Assembly (NCBI GenBank): GCA_963662655.2
Contig: CAXXTU010000002.1
Span: forward strand, 3,200,001 to 3,264,000
Direction of reading: 5' to 3'
Source of the DNA: Candidatus Cloacimonadales bacterium
GTDB taxonomy: Bacteria; Cloacimonadota; Cloacimonadia; Cloacimonadales; JAIOQZ01
Length of the DNA: 64,000 nt
The position numbers and the translations under genes are program-made. Shown here piece by piece: positions 28,123 through 37,500 of the stretch. Position 1 is the stretch's first letter. Each line of letters begins with the position of its first letter. Below the pieces are notes generated by a model. That model was not told the origin of the DNA. It saw nothing but the letters and a program-made list of their open reading frames with translations, and ran no database searches.

Positions 28123-31100
28123 ACCGTTTCATTTTCTTGATGAGTCCCTGCCTGCTGAGGCCGAGATCCTTGGATGCCTGCGTCTGGTTGTAGCTCCTGG
28201 TTTCCAGTGCGTTGACGATCATCTTACGCTCGATTTCCTCGACGGCTTCCTTGAGCGTGGTTTTGCCCAGGAGGTCTACAGTCTCGGCGTTCTCGGCGTA
28301 CTTGAACACTTCCTCGGAGAGGTCGGACGGCTTGATGAACGCGTCGTTCTCGGCCAGCGTCACCGCACGCTCGATTTCGTTCTCGAGCTGGCGGATGTTT
28401 CCGGGCCAGTCGCAGTTCTGCAGGTACTTCATCGCTTCGTCGGTGATTCCCAGGACGTTCTTGGTCATTTTCTTGTTGTATTTATCCAGGAAGTGGATTC
28501 CCAGAAGCGGAATATCCGATTTACGATCCTTGAGCGACGGGACCCTGATCTTGATCACGTTAAGGCGGTAATAGAGGTCGAGACGGAACTCGCCCGATTT
28601 CACCTTGTCGCTCAGCAGGACGTTGGTTGCGCAGATCACACGAACATCGACCTTGGTTGTCTTGGTGGAGCCAACGCGCTTGATCTCTCCTTCCTGAAGG
28701 AATCGCAGGAGCTTGGCCTGCGTGGAGAGGCTGATGTCGGCGATTTCATCCAGGAAGAACGTACCGCCGTCCGCAATCTCGAAAAGCCCCTTCTTGTCGT
28801 ACGCGGCACCGGTGAATGCGCCCTTAACGTGACCGAAGAGCTCGCTTTCGAGCAGGGTTTCCGGAAGCGCGCCGCAGTATTGCGCCACGAACTTCTTGTT
28901 GCGGCGATTGCTGGTATAATGGATCGCCCGGGCGATGAGTTCCTTGCCGGTACCGCTGGAACCTTCCAGCAGAACGGTGGTCGGCGTGTTCTTGATTTTA
29001 TCGATAACCTGGAAAATCTCCTGCATCTTCTCGCTCTTTCCAATGATGTTGGTGAACCAGTTTGCAGCGTTGAGCTCTTCGCGGATGATCGCATGCGATT
29101 TTGCCAGATTGCTGTGTCGAATGTTCTCGATGATGACCACGATCTGGTTGCAGAGCGCGCTCATCAGGTTATACATCTTCTCGGTGAAGTAGTGGCTGCC
29201 GTGCATGCTGAACAGGAGTACCACGCCGAGGATATTGTTTCTGATAATGAGCGGGAAGGAAATGATGTTGTTGAACTGCGGCGCTTCATGGGGCTGCTTG
29301 ATGTTCATACCTTGAGAGGAAGTGAACGTCTCCTGAATATATTGCAACAGGATATCGTATTCCTCGTTATCGCTGGAGAAATGCTTGAAGATCAGGTACT
29401 CCCACGATTCCGGGGTGGAGCTGCTGTTGTAGAGCGAGAGAATTCCTCCGTCCGCCTCGGAGAGGCTGACCAGGTTATCCAGCGCGGAATCGAGCAGGAC
29501 ATCGAAATCGGAGATCGTGTTCAGCTTCTGCGTGATTTCGTAGAAGCGGTTGAGCAGCGATTCCTGACTGCGGCTCTCCTTGAGCTCGATGGCGTGTTCT
29601 TTGGTGATCTTCTGGATCAAGATGTCGTTCTGCTCCAGGAATTTGATGGTGTCGAAGTCCTTCACGATCTTCTTGTTGTTCTGGAGAATCTCTAGCGCTT
29701 GTTCCCACTCCTGCTTCTCGAAGAGAATCTGCGCGTATTCGTAGTTGGCTTGGGCGAGTTCGAAATGGTTCTTGGTCTCGATGAAAATCTCTATCGCCTT
29801 TTTCAGATAATCCTGCGCAACTTCGATGTTCTTCCTCTCCAGGAGAGCCATGAGATAGTAGGAGTTGCCGATCTCGAAGCGATTGTTGATCGCCTCCGCC
29901 ATCTTGATGGAGTGTTCCAGGTAGTAGACGGCGCTTTCGTAATTGCGCGTCTGGATGAAGTAATACGCCTGCTTCTGGCACGCTTCGATCATCGATTTGT
30001 CTTTGCTGTGGATGCTCTTGAAGAAATCGTAGCTTTCAACCAGGTAGGCGTACGCTTTACCGTATTTGTGCAGGTGTGTCAGGATGCTTCCGAGGTTGCC
30101 GTAGAGCTCGGCCTTCAGAATTTCGTCTTGCAGTTCGGGGACAATCTCCAATCCCTTGAAGTAGAGGTCGTATGCCATGGTATATTCGCCGCGTTTTTCG
30201 TACACAGCGCCAAGATTGTTGTAGGACCGGCACAGTCCGTCGAGGAAATCGTTCTCCTTGGAGCGCTCGACAGCATTCTCGTAATATTCGATCGCCCTGG
30301 ACCAGTTGCCCGACTTGAAGTAAAGCGCTCCGAGGTTGTTCAGCGCGCTGATCAGATTGCGGGTCAGGTTGAAGGTCAAGGCGGTTTCCATGGACAGGTT
30401 GTATGCCTCGATCGCCTTGTCGAACTCGGCGTTGTTCATGTAGGTTACGCCAATATTGTTGTATATGTTGGTGATGTTGTAGCGATCGCTCAGCATCTTC
30501 TGTATATGCAACGCCTTGTAAAGGTAGTCCAGCGACTGGATATAGTCGCCCTTATCCTCGAGTAGAGCTCCGAGGTTGTTGTAGCACACGGAGATTCCGT
30601 TCAGGTTGAAGCGCTGCTGCTCCTGGTGGAGGCTTTTCTCGTAAAATTCCTGGGTCTTGTCCCATTCCCCTTGAAGATAAGCGATGACGCCGATGTTGTT
30701 GCTGATCGCGGCTATCCCCTCCAAGTTGTTGGCCTTGGCGTAGAAGCGTTCGGCTTCCTTGTAAATCATTTCAGCCTTTTCCCACTGGTTGCTGCTGTAA
30801 AACACCTTGCCGCGAAGCTTTTTGATATCGGCGTTCAGGTTCAGCTTGACCTGCTCGTTTTTGATCTGGGCGGCGGTTTCCTGCGCTTCGTCCAATTGGA
30901 GAATGGAATCTTCGAACTTCTCGAGGCCGATCAGGATATCCGACTGAAGCAGCAACATCTTGCATTTCCAGTATGGATCGGTTGCGTTCCCCTGATACTT
31001 GCGGATAATCTCGAGAGCGAAAGAGGAGGAATTGATCGAGAACAGGCTGTCCGCCAGGCGGAACACAATCTCTTCTGCTGGCAATTGATGCGCGGTGCAA

Positions 31101-32368
31101 AGCTTGAGAGCCTGCCGGAAATACTCGGCGGAAGCTTCGTTGCGATTCAGGTAGCGATTGACGATACCAAGGTTGTTGTGGATTTCCACCAACTTCGACG
31201 GCTGGCTGTGCGTGCCGAGCATCGCGTTGTATATTTCCCGGAGATTCTCGAGGTCCACGATCTTTCGAAGATAGGTTACGATGGGCTCCCACAGCTTGGC
31301 GTTGTATTCACCCGCCATGTACTGGTAGTATGCCTTGTTGTGAGGGGAAAGCTCCAGTTTGTCGGCGTTCTTGAGAATGTTTCGTATCGCCTTTTTCTTG
31401 ATTTCCTGCGTCATGCTCTTGAAGAAGTACTTGAAGAACACGGCTTTGCGGATCATGTAGCGATCGTCTTTCTTGCGAATGATATCGTTTTCGATCAGCT
31501 TGTCCAGATCCGATTGAGTATGCTTGCACAATAGTTGGAGTCGCTCGTCGGTGGCGTTTTGATCCATGAGGAAGGTGTAGATCGCCAGGTCGAGCTGCTT
31601 GGGATTCAGCGATTCGGTAAGGACGCTGTGTATGGTCTGGGTCGTGATTTTCTCGTCGAGATACTTGGAGAGGTCAAAGGCCTTGGGCTTGCCTTTCTCG
31701 AAGAACCGGTTGAGAAAATGCTCCAGGATAAAGATGTTGCCGTCAGTCAGGTTGTGCAGGATTTCGGCTTTCGATGCGGTCTTGGCGTCCTCATCGGGGA
31801 ATAGGTTTTCGATAACCTGCTTGATGTGATCCGCCGACAGGAAGCTGAGGGTTATTTTATTCGAGAACGGGAAAGTTTCATGGTTTGTAAATGTAACGAA
31901 ATGGATTTTACGATCGTGTGCATATTGAATAAAATACTGAATGAAGTCGATCGTGTATTGATCCAGCAGATTGCAATTATCGATGAGGATGAGCTGAGAG
32001 TCGAGTCTTCGTTGATGGCTCAGGTTCTCGGTGAGGTAATAATAAAAGTCGTATTTCCGGTTCAGCCTGAAAGGTTGCGCTTTGTCAACGATCTCGTAAT
32101 ACTCGTCTTTGGAGATGCCGCTCATCATCTGGATCAAGGTGCTGAACTGGTTGAAACAGAACATCTCCGCCGTGAAGAGCTTGTACTCGGTTCTCTGTTC
32201 ATCGAGCGCTTGCTTGAGTCGCTCGAAGAGATACGTTTTTCCGGAACCGGAAGGACCAACCACCTCGACGAGCTGGCTGTCTTCTTTTTTCAGTAAATTG
32301 TTTATTTCTTTGATCGTTTCCGGTTGCGTAACGTATTGAAGTAAGGCGCGGTTTACTTTTTTATCCAT
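28103..32368 (-). CDS. Large sigma-54-dependent activator: P-loop NTPase + TPR array + GAF + AAA+ + Fis HTH
   Basis: N-terminal GPSGSGKT, many YNNLG TPRs, GSSGTGKE, ESELFGH.KGAFTGA, WPGNIRQLEN and a C-terminal HTH. Confidence 0.92.
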   Translation of the reverse strand: MDKKVNRALLQYVTQPETIKEINNLLKKEDSQLVEVVGPSGSGKTYLFERLKQALDEQRTEYKLFTAEMFCFNQFSTLIQMMSGISKDEYYEIVDKAQPFRLNRKYDFYYYLTENLSHQRRLDSQLILIDNCNLLDQYTIDFIQYFIQYAHDRKIHFVTFTNHETFPFSNKITLSFLSADHIKQVIENLFPDEDAKTASKAEILHNLTDGNIFILEHFLNRFFEKGKPKAFDLSKYLDEKITTQTIHSVLTESLNPKQLDLAIYTFLMDQNATDERLQLLCKHTQSDLDKLIENDIIRKKDDRYMIRKAVFFKYFFKSMTQEIKKKAIRNILKNADKLELSPHNKAYYQYMAGEYNAKLWEPIVTYLRKIVDLENLREIYNAMLGTHSQPSKLVEIHNNLGIVNRYLNRNEASAEYFRQALKLCTAHQLPAEEIVFRLADSLFSINSSSFALEIIRKYQGNATDPYWKCKMLLLQSDILIGLEKFEDSILQLDEAQETAAQIKNEQVKLNLNADIKKLRGKVFYSSNQWEKAEMIYKEAERFYAKANNLEGIAAISNNIGVIAYLQGEWDKTQEFYEKSLHQEQQRFNLNGISVCYNNLGALLEDKGDYIQSLDYLYKALHIQKMLSDRYNITNIYNNIGVTYMNNAEFDKAIEAYNLSMETALTFNLTRNLISALNNLGALYFKSGNWSRAIEYYENAVERSKENDFLDGLCRSYNNLGAVYEKRGEYTMAYDLYFKGLEIVPELQDEILKAELYGNLGSILTHLHKYGKAYAYLVESYDFFKSIHSKDKSMIEACQKQAYYFIQTRNYESAVYYLEHSIKMAEAINNRFEIGNSYYLMALLERKNIEVAQDYLKKAIEIFIETKNHFELAQANYEYAQILFEKQEWEQALEILQNNKKIVKDFDTIKFLEQNDILIQKITKEHAIELKESRSQESLLNRFYEITQKLNTISDFDVLLDSALDNLVSLSEADGGILSLYNSSSTPESWEYLIFKHFSSDNEEYDILLQYIQETFTSSQGMNIKQPHEAPQFNNIISFPLIIRNNILGVVLLFSMHGSHYFTEKMYNLMSALCNQIVVIIENIRHSNLAKSHAIIREELNAANWFTNIIGKSEKMQEIFQVIDKIKNTPTTVLLEGSSGTGKELIARAIHYTSNRRNKKFVAQYCGALPETLLESELFGHVKGAFTGAAYDKKGLFEIADGGTFFLDEIADISLSTQAKLLRFLQEGEIKRVGSTKTTKVDVRVICATNVLLSDKVKSGEFRLDLYYRLNVIKIRVPSLKDRKSDIPLLGIHFLDKYNKKMTKNVLGITDEAMKYLQNCDWPGNIRQLENEIERAVTLAENDAFIKPSDLSEEVFKYAENAETVDLLGKTTLKEAVEEIERKMIVNALETRSYNQTQASKDLGLSRQGLIKKMKRYGLDKL

Positions 32369-32461
32369 GATTCCCCTCATTTTCGCTGGCATTTGCTTGA
32401 TTTTTAGATAAATAGGTGCCTTTTCGTTAACGCCGATTACACATGCCAACTATGTTCTCAT

Positions 32462-32490
32462 ATAATGTCATGCCATAGATGTTTTGTCAA
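32462..32490 (-). promoter_or_regulatory. Sigma-70-type promoter
   Basis: TTGACA-N17-CATTAT on the minus strand, upstream of the activator-dinG-macro operon. Confidence 0.6.
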
Positions 32491-32596
32491 CTTTGTTTTT
32501 TGGGTAAAGAAAGTTTTCAGCTTTGTGAGCTTATAAAAAATTTCTACAAGGTTCGACAGGTGGGAATTATAATGCCATGATCTGATTATGAGGAAC

Positions 32597-33589
32597 TTAC
32601 AGCTTCCAGACTCTCTCTTCGAGCAGTTCCTTGAACGTTGTGTGAAGCACGGACGGCGTGATGGATTTCATGCACTGAAAATGTAATTTCGGACACTGCT
32701 TCGATCCGTGTAGTGAACATGGGCGACAGTTCAAATCTTTTTGAAGTACAACTGCGTCGGGATTCAACGGGCGGAAACCGAGGCGAGTGTGCGTGGCTCC
32801 AAAGATCGCAATTTGAGGCTTTTGCAGCGCTGCGGCGATGTGCATCGGGCCAGAATCTCCCGAAAGAAGGCACCCGAACCGGTTCATCAGATTTACAAGC
32901 TGACCGGTCTGCGTGCGCGCGCACAAATCGAATGTGGTGCGGGGGCATTGCCGGTGGATTTCAGCGCAAACTTCGCGATCACTCACAGCTCCTGTAAGAA
33001 TGAACTGACAATTCCACGAATCGGGTATGGATTCGATGAAGCGAATCCAGTAGTCGACGGGATATTGCTTGGTGAAGTGCATCGCTCCCGGCGCGATGCC
33101 CACCAGCGTTTTCGAAGGGGTGACGCTGTGCTCGATGAAGAGCTCGTCGATGAATCGCTCGTGCTCCGGTTGCGGCTTTATGACCGGATTGCGTAGGGGT
33201 TCTGCGATTCCGAGTTTGGCGATCGCGCTGTAATAGAGCTCGAGGGTCGTATCGATGCATTTCCCGGTAAGATGTTTGACGATCAGCCAGCGTGTGAGTT
33301 TCTGTTTGTTGTAGTAGACTTTCTTCTTCGCGTTTAAGCGAAGGAGGTTATACAGGCTGCCCGGCTTCGCCTGCAAATCGATGGCGATATCGTATTCCAC
33401 ATTCGGATCGATCCGATGCGCCGGGATGATTTCGTCAACGCCGCCGAAGCACTCGACCAGCGGCGCCATGGAAGGCTTGCAGCAGTAGTGGATTTCAGCT
33501 TGCGGATATTTCTCCCGCAGGATGGCCACGACGGGCTGCGTCAGGATGATGTCGCCCAGTGAACTCCAGCGGATGATCAGGATTTTCAT
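32597..33589 (-). CDS. Glycosyltransferase family 9 (LPS heptosyltransferase-like)
   Basis: MKILIIRWSSLGDII and SGDSGPMHIAAAL..P.IAIFG. Confidence 0.92.
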   Translation of the reverse strand: MKILIIRWSSLGDIILTQPVVAILREKYPQAEIHYCCKPSMAPLVECFGGVDEIIPAHRIDPNVEYDIAIDLQAKPGSLYNLLRLNAKKKVYYNKQKLTRWLIVKHLTGKCIDTTLELYYSAIAKLGIAEPLRNPVIKPQPEHERFIDELFIEHSVTPSKTLVGIAPGAMHFTKQYPVDYWIRFIESIPDSWNCQFILTGAVSDREVCAEIHRQCPRTTFDLCARTQTGQLVNLMNRFGCLLSGDSGPMHIAAALQKPQIAIFGATHTRLGFRPLNPDAVVLQKDLNCRPCSLHGSKQCPKLHFQCMKSITPSVLHTTFKELLEERVWKL

Positions 33590-34341
33590 TTGATAGCGAC
33601 CACAAATACGCGGTACTGACTTTCGGGATCGGTCAGGGGAGCATCGAGCTTCTCCAGGCTCGCAAACCAGCGCTTTGAAAATCCGGTTCTTGTTATCATA
33701 TCGGCAACGTCCTTCAGCTTGAAGGCCGTGTTGTACATGACTTCGTCGAAGCGGTCCCACGTTCCTTGCTCGTTCTTCACGAATCCCGACATGCGCGTGT
33801 AAGCGCGCTGCATCTCGTCGTCGAACAGGCCACGAATGATGATCGTCGCGTCGTTCATCTCCCGGACGCTGCTGTTTCCCCAGGTGGTTCGAAGTCCCAA
33901 CTCGGTATTGAGATCGAATACGAAGCATCCGCCTGGCTCGAGCGCGTGGTAGACGCAGCTCAGGGTCTTCTGCAGGCCGTTCAGGTTCGGAATGTGGTTG
34001 ATGGCGTCGTAGGTGGAGACGGCAAGGCGCACCTTGGAGCGCAGCTTGAAATTCTGTGCGTCGGCCTGAATCAGCTCCACGCGCCGATTTCGGATATGCT
34101 CCGTGTTGTTTTCCCTTGCGTACTCGAGCATGTGCTCGGAAAGATCGATGCCGGTAACCTTGTACCCTTTATCCGCGAATATCGATATCATCCTGCCGGT
34201 TCCGCAGCACAAATCCAGGAGGGTTGCGGGAACCTCGAACTGCTCCTCGAAAAAAGTCTCCAGTTTGGGTGCGACCATGTCCGTGAACTGGTTCCAGCGC
34301 AGGTTGTAGATTCTTGCAAAGTTCTTTCCATACGACTGCAT
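33586..34341 (-). CDS. Class I SAM-dependent methyltransferase
   Basis: LLDLCCGTG, GIDLSEHML and LEPGGCFVFD. Confidence 0.9.
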   Translation of the reverse strand: MQSYGKNFARIYNLRWNQFTDMVAPKLETFFEEQFEVPATLLDLCCGTGRMISIFADKGYKVTGIDLSEHMLEYARENNTEHIRNRRVELIQADAQNFKLRSKVRLAVSTYDAINHIPNLNGLQKTLSCVYHALEPGGCFVFDLNTELGLRTTWGNSSVREMNDATIIIRGLFDDEMQRAYTRMSGFVKNEQGTWDRFDEVMYNTAFKLKDVADMITRTGFSKRWFASLEKLDAPLTDPESQYRVFVVAIK

Positions 34342-34342
34342 G

Positions 34343-36952
34343 CTAATTCACCATTTCCTCTATGATTTGAGGTACTTCCTTCAGCGCGGATTCTATCGCA
34401 TCGACGTCTTTGCCGCCGGCCATAGCCATGTCCGGACGTCCGCCGCCTTTTCCGCCGACCAGCGTGGCGATCCTGCCGGCGATCTTGCCTGCGTGAGCGC
34501 GCTTGGTGAGGTCGTTTGTCACGATAACGATCAGGGATACCTTCCCCTCGATATCCGCCATCAGTACGCCGATTCCCGAGTGGATCTTCCCGCGGAGTTG
34601 ATCGCCGATATTGCGCAACTGGTTGCTGTCGTCGGCTTCCACCTTTCCGCAGGCGACTTTGATTCCCTTGATATTGATCGCACCGCCAACCATATCCGCG
34701 ATCACGTCTCCGGACGCCTTCAGACGGAGTGATTCGTTTTCCTGATGCATCGCCTTGAGCTCGTCCAGGAGCGACTGGATTTTCTGGATCGATTTGCCGG
34801 ACGGGACGTTGAGCAGGTTCTGAATCTCTTCCTTCTCGCTTTCCAGACGACGCACGTGGTCTTCGGCCTGGGTTCCGGTTATGGCCTCGATGCGGCGCAC
34901 ACCGGCAGCGCTGGAAGTCTCCGTGGTGATCTTGAAAAGCCCGATTTCGCCCGTGTAGTCGAGGTGCGTACCACCGCACAGTTCCTTGGAGAAGCTGTCG
35001 ATGGAGACTACGCGAACCTCGTCCTCGTACTTCTCGCCGAAGAGGGCCATCGCGCCTTCGTTACGGGCGGTATCGAGATCCATCGTTCTGGTGGATACGG
35101 GGAAGCACTCGCGAACTTTATCGTTGACCATGCGCTCGACGAGGCTTGCCTCGCGAGGCGACATCGCCTTGAAATGGGTGAAATCGAAACGCAGGTAGTA
35201 GGGATGAACCAGCGAGCCCTTCTGCTGTACATGCTCGCCCAGTACCTTGCGCAGGGCGGCATGAAGAAGGTGGGTGGCGGTGTGATTCCGCGCCACGTTC
35301 TTGCGGTATTCCTTCTCGATGGACGCGGTGAATTCCCGGTCCTGAATGATGCCTTTGACCAGCTTCCCGAAGTGGATAAACTGTTTTCCCTGCTTCTTAA
35401 CGTCCGAAATCTGGATTTCGATCTCCTCGTTGAAAATCCTGCCCATGTCGGCAACCTGGCCGCCCGATTCCGCATAGAACGGCGTGCGATCTAGGATGAT
35501 ACGGACGTTGTTGTCGTCATCCAGCGTATATTTAATGATGTGGCAATGGGTCGTATCGCGCAGATATCCGATGAACTCGGTCGGTTCATCGTCGCGGTAG
35601 GCGGTCCACTCGATATTCTCCATGTTCATGACGAACTTTCCGGCCTCGCGCGCTCTTGTCCGCTGCTTTTCCAGCTCCTCGTTGAACCCGTTTTCGTCCA
35701 CGGAGAGGCTTCTCTCTTCCGCGAGGATACGCGTCAGATCGAAGGGGAATCCGAAGGTGTCGTACAGCATGAACGCGTCGGCTCCGGGGATGGTGGTTCC
35801 ATCCATCGCGGAGACGATTTCCTCGAACTTCGTGAGACCCTTGTCCAGCGTGGTGTTGAATCGTTCCTCTTCCGCCTGAACGATCATTTTGATGTGCGCT
35901 TTCTTCTCGTTGAGCTCGCGGAAATGGTGCCCCATGACGTCGCAGACGACATCCACGAGCTTATACAGGAACGGTTGATGCTGGTTGAGCAATCTTCCGT
36001 GACGTGCGGCTCTGCGCAGGATGCGCCTGAGAACGTAGCCGCGTCCCTCGTTGGAGGGGAGTCCGCCATCGGCGATGGCGAAGCTGAGCGCACGGATGTG
36101 GTCGGCGATGACGCGATGGGAAGTGCCTTCTTCGCCTTCGTTGTATGCTACGCCTGTCATTTCGGCGATCGCCTGAATAATTGGCGCAAAGAGATCTGTG
36201 TCGTAGTTCGACTTTTTGCCCTGGAGAATCATGCAGACGCGCTCGAATCCCGCGCCGGTATCCACGTACTGGCTCTCCAGCGGGTGAAGCTCGCCTTCTT
36301 CATCACGGTTGAACTGGATGAAGACCAGGTTCCACAGCTCGATGATGCGATGGCAGTCGCCATTGACCTTACAAACGTGGCCGGGAACATCCTTCATGTT
36401 GCAGAACTCTTCTCCGCGGTCGATGTGTATCTCGCTGCACGGGCCGCAGGGCCCGGTGAGCCCCATCTCCCAGAAGTTGTCCTTGTCGCCGTGGTACTCG
36501 ATGTGCGAGGGATCGATATCGGTTTCGTTTTTCCAGAATTCGAATGCTTCCTGATCGCTGTGGTGTACGGTAGCGTAAAGGATGTCTTTCGGGAGTCCCC
36601 ATACCTTCGTAAAGAGCTCCCAAGCCCAGGAGATCGCCTCTTTCTTGTAGTAGTCGGCGAACGACCAGTTGCCCAGCATCTCGAAGAACGTATGGTGATA
36701 GGAATCCTTGCCCACCTCTTCGAGGTCGTTGTGCTTGCCGCCGGCGCGGATGCATTTCTGGGTATCGACCGCGCGCGGAAACTCCGGCTTGGTCACGCCC
36801 AGGAAGATGTTCTTGAACTGGTTCATGCCTGCGTTGGTGAAAAGCAGGGTGGGGTCGTCGAACGGAATCACCGGTGCGGATGGCACCTGATGGTGTTCCT
36901 TCGAGACGAAGAAATCGATAAACTGCTGCCGTATCTCATTGGATGTTCTCAT
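34343..36952 (-). CDS. alaS: Alanine--tRNA ligase
   Basis: DPTLLFTNAGMNQFK, HHTFFEMLGNWSF, NHTATHLL, ELCGGTH and GGKGGG. Confidence 0.98.
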   Translation of the reverse strand: MRTSNEIRQQFIDFFVSKEHHQVPSAPVIPFDDPTLLFTNAGMNQFKNIFLGVTKPEFPRAVDTQKCIRAGGKHNDLEEVGKDSYHHTFFEMLGNWSFADYYKKEAISWAWELFTKVWGLPKDILYATVHHSDQEAFEFWKNETDIDPSHIEYHGDKDNFWEMGLTGPCGPCSEIHIDRGEEFCNMKDVPGHVCKVNGDCHRIIELWNLVFIQFNRDEEGELHPLESQYVDTGAGFERVCMILQGKKSNYDTDLFAPIIQAIAEMTGVAYNEGEEGTSHRVIADHIRALSFAIADGGLPSNEGRGYVLRRILRRAARHGRLLNQHQPFLYKLVDVVCDVMGHHFRELNEKKAHIKMIVQAEEERFNTTLDKGLTKFEEIVSAMDGTTIPGADAFMLYDTFGFPFDLTRILAEERSLSVDENGFNEELEKQRTRAREAGKFVMNMENIEWTAYRDDEPTEFIGYLRDTTHCHIIKYTLDDDNNVRIILDRTPFYAESGGQVADMGRIFNEEIEIQISDVKKQGKQFIHFGKLVKGIIQDREFTASIEKEYRKNVARNHTATHLLHAALRKVLGEHVQQKGSLVHPYYLRFDFTHFKAMSPREASLVERMVNDKVRECFPVSTRTMDLDTARNEGAMALFGEKYEDEVRVVSIDSFSKELCGGTHLDYTGEIGLFKITTETSSAAGVRRIEAITGTQAEDHVRRLESEKEEIQNLLNVPSGKSIQKIQSLLDELKAMHQENESLRLKASGDVIADMVGGAINIKGIKVACGKVEADDSNQLRNIGDQLRGKIHSGIGVLMADIEGKVSLIVIVTNDLTKRAHAGKIAGRIATLVGGKGGGRPDMAMAGGKDVDAIESALKEVPQIIEEMVN

Positions 36953-37168
36953 GTTATCCTCATATATCAAGACCACGTCGGGTCGGAATTTCTATTTGGA
37001 GCAAAGTATTGCATCATGGTTTTTTGCGTCAAGAATGGTGTTCGATGTTGTGATCGAAATTGCGTTGAAGGGAATTGCAGGAAGTGACGCTGCACCTCCT
37101 GCTTATGATTATCCGGCGTGTTCAATTTCTCAGCGTGATATGCGTCATCCGTAATTCAATCCTGTTTC

Positions 37169-37448
37169 ATGATTTTTGTTCTGTTTATCGCATCGACCGG
37201 GCTCTTCTCTTTCGCGGGTGGCGACGGCACTTCGTCTTCGCCGTAACAGGTTGGCAGTGTCAACGAGTTTCAGGAGGTGAGCAGCTACCTCGATTCCTAT
37301 AATATCCAGCTGCCATAGCCCCGAAGTGTAACGTGTGATAACTATACCGACGGTTTGAGGAATATTCACGGGCCATCGGCTACTCGGTGTCGATCCATCG
37401 GACGCGACGAGGCGTTTCTACAAAATTGTTGTGAGCGATCAGCCGTAA
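37169..37448 (+). pseudogene. Collapsed pseudogene of the GLUG surface-protein family (N- and C-termini only)
   Basis: Reads MIFVLFIASTGLFSFAGGDGTSSSP*QVGSVNEFQEV, then VDPSDATRRFYKIVVSDQP*. These match both ends of the proteins at 43483-54898. Confidence 0.85.
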
Positions 37449-37471
37449 AGCCGACCGACAAACAGTATTTG

Positions 37472-37500
37472 ATAGCGCTCGGAGATGTTCTGAGCGCTAT
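37472..37500. terminator. Hairpin between convergent genes
   Basis: ATAGCGCTC-N11-GAGCGCTAT followed by a T run on +. Confidence 0.6.

Noticed and set aside
27923..29695. Long antisense ORFs (also 35540-37087, 55964-57532, 25897-26925, 21950-22999)
   Set aside because: They are shadows of well-supported genes on the opposite strand, as expected from codon bias.
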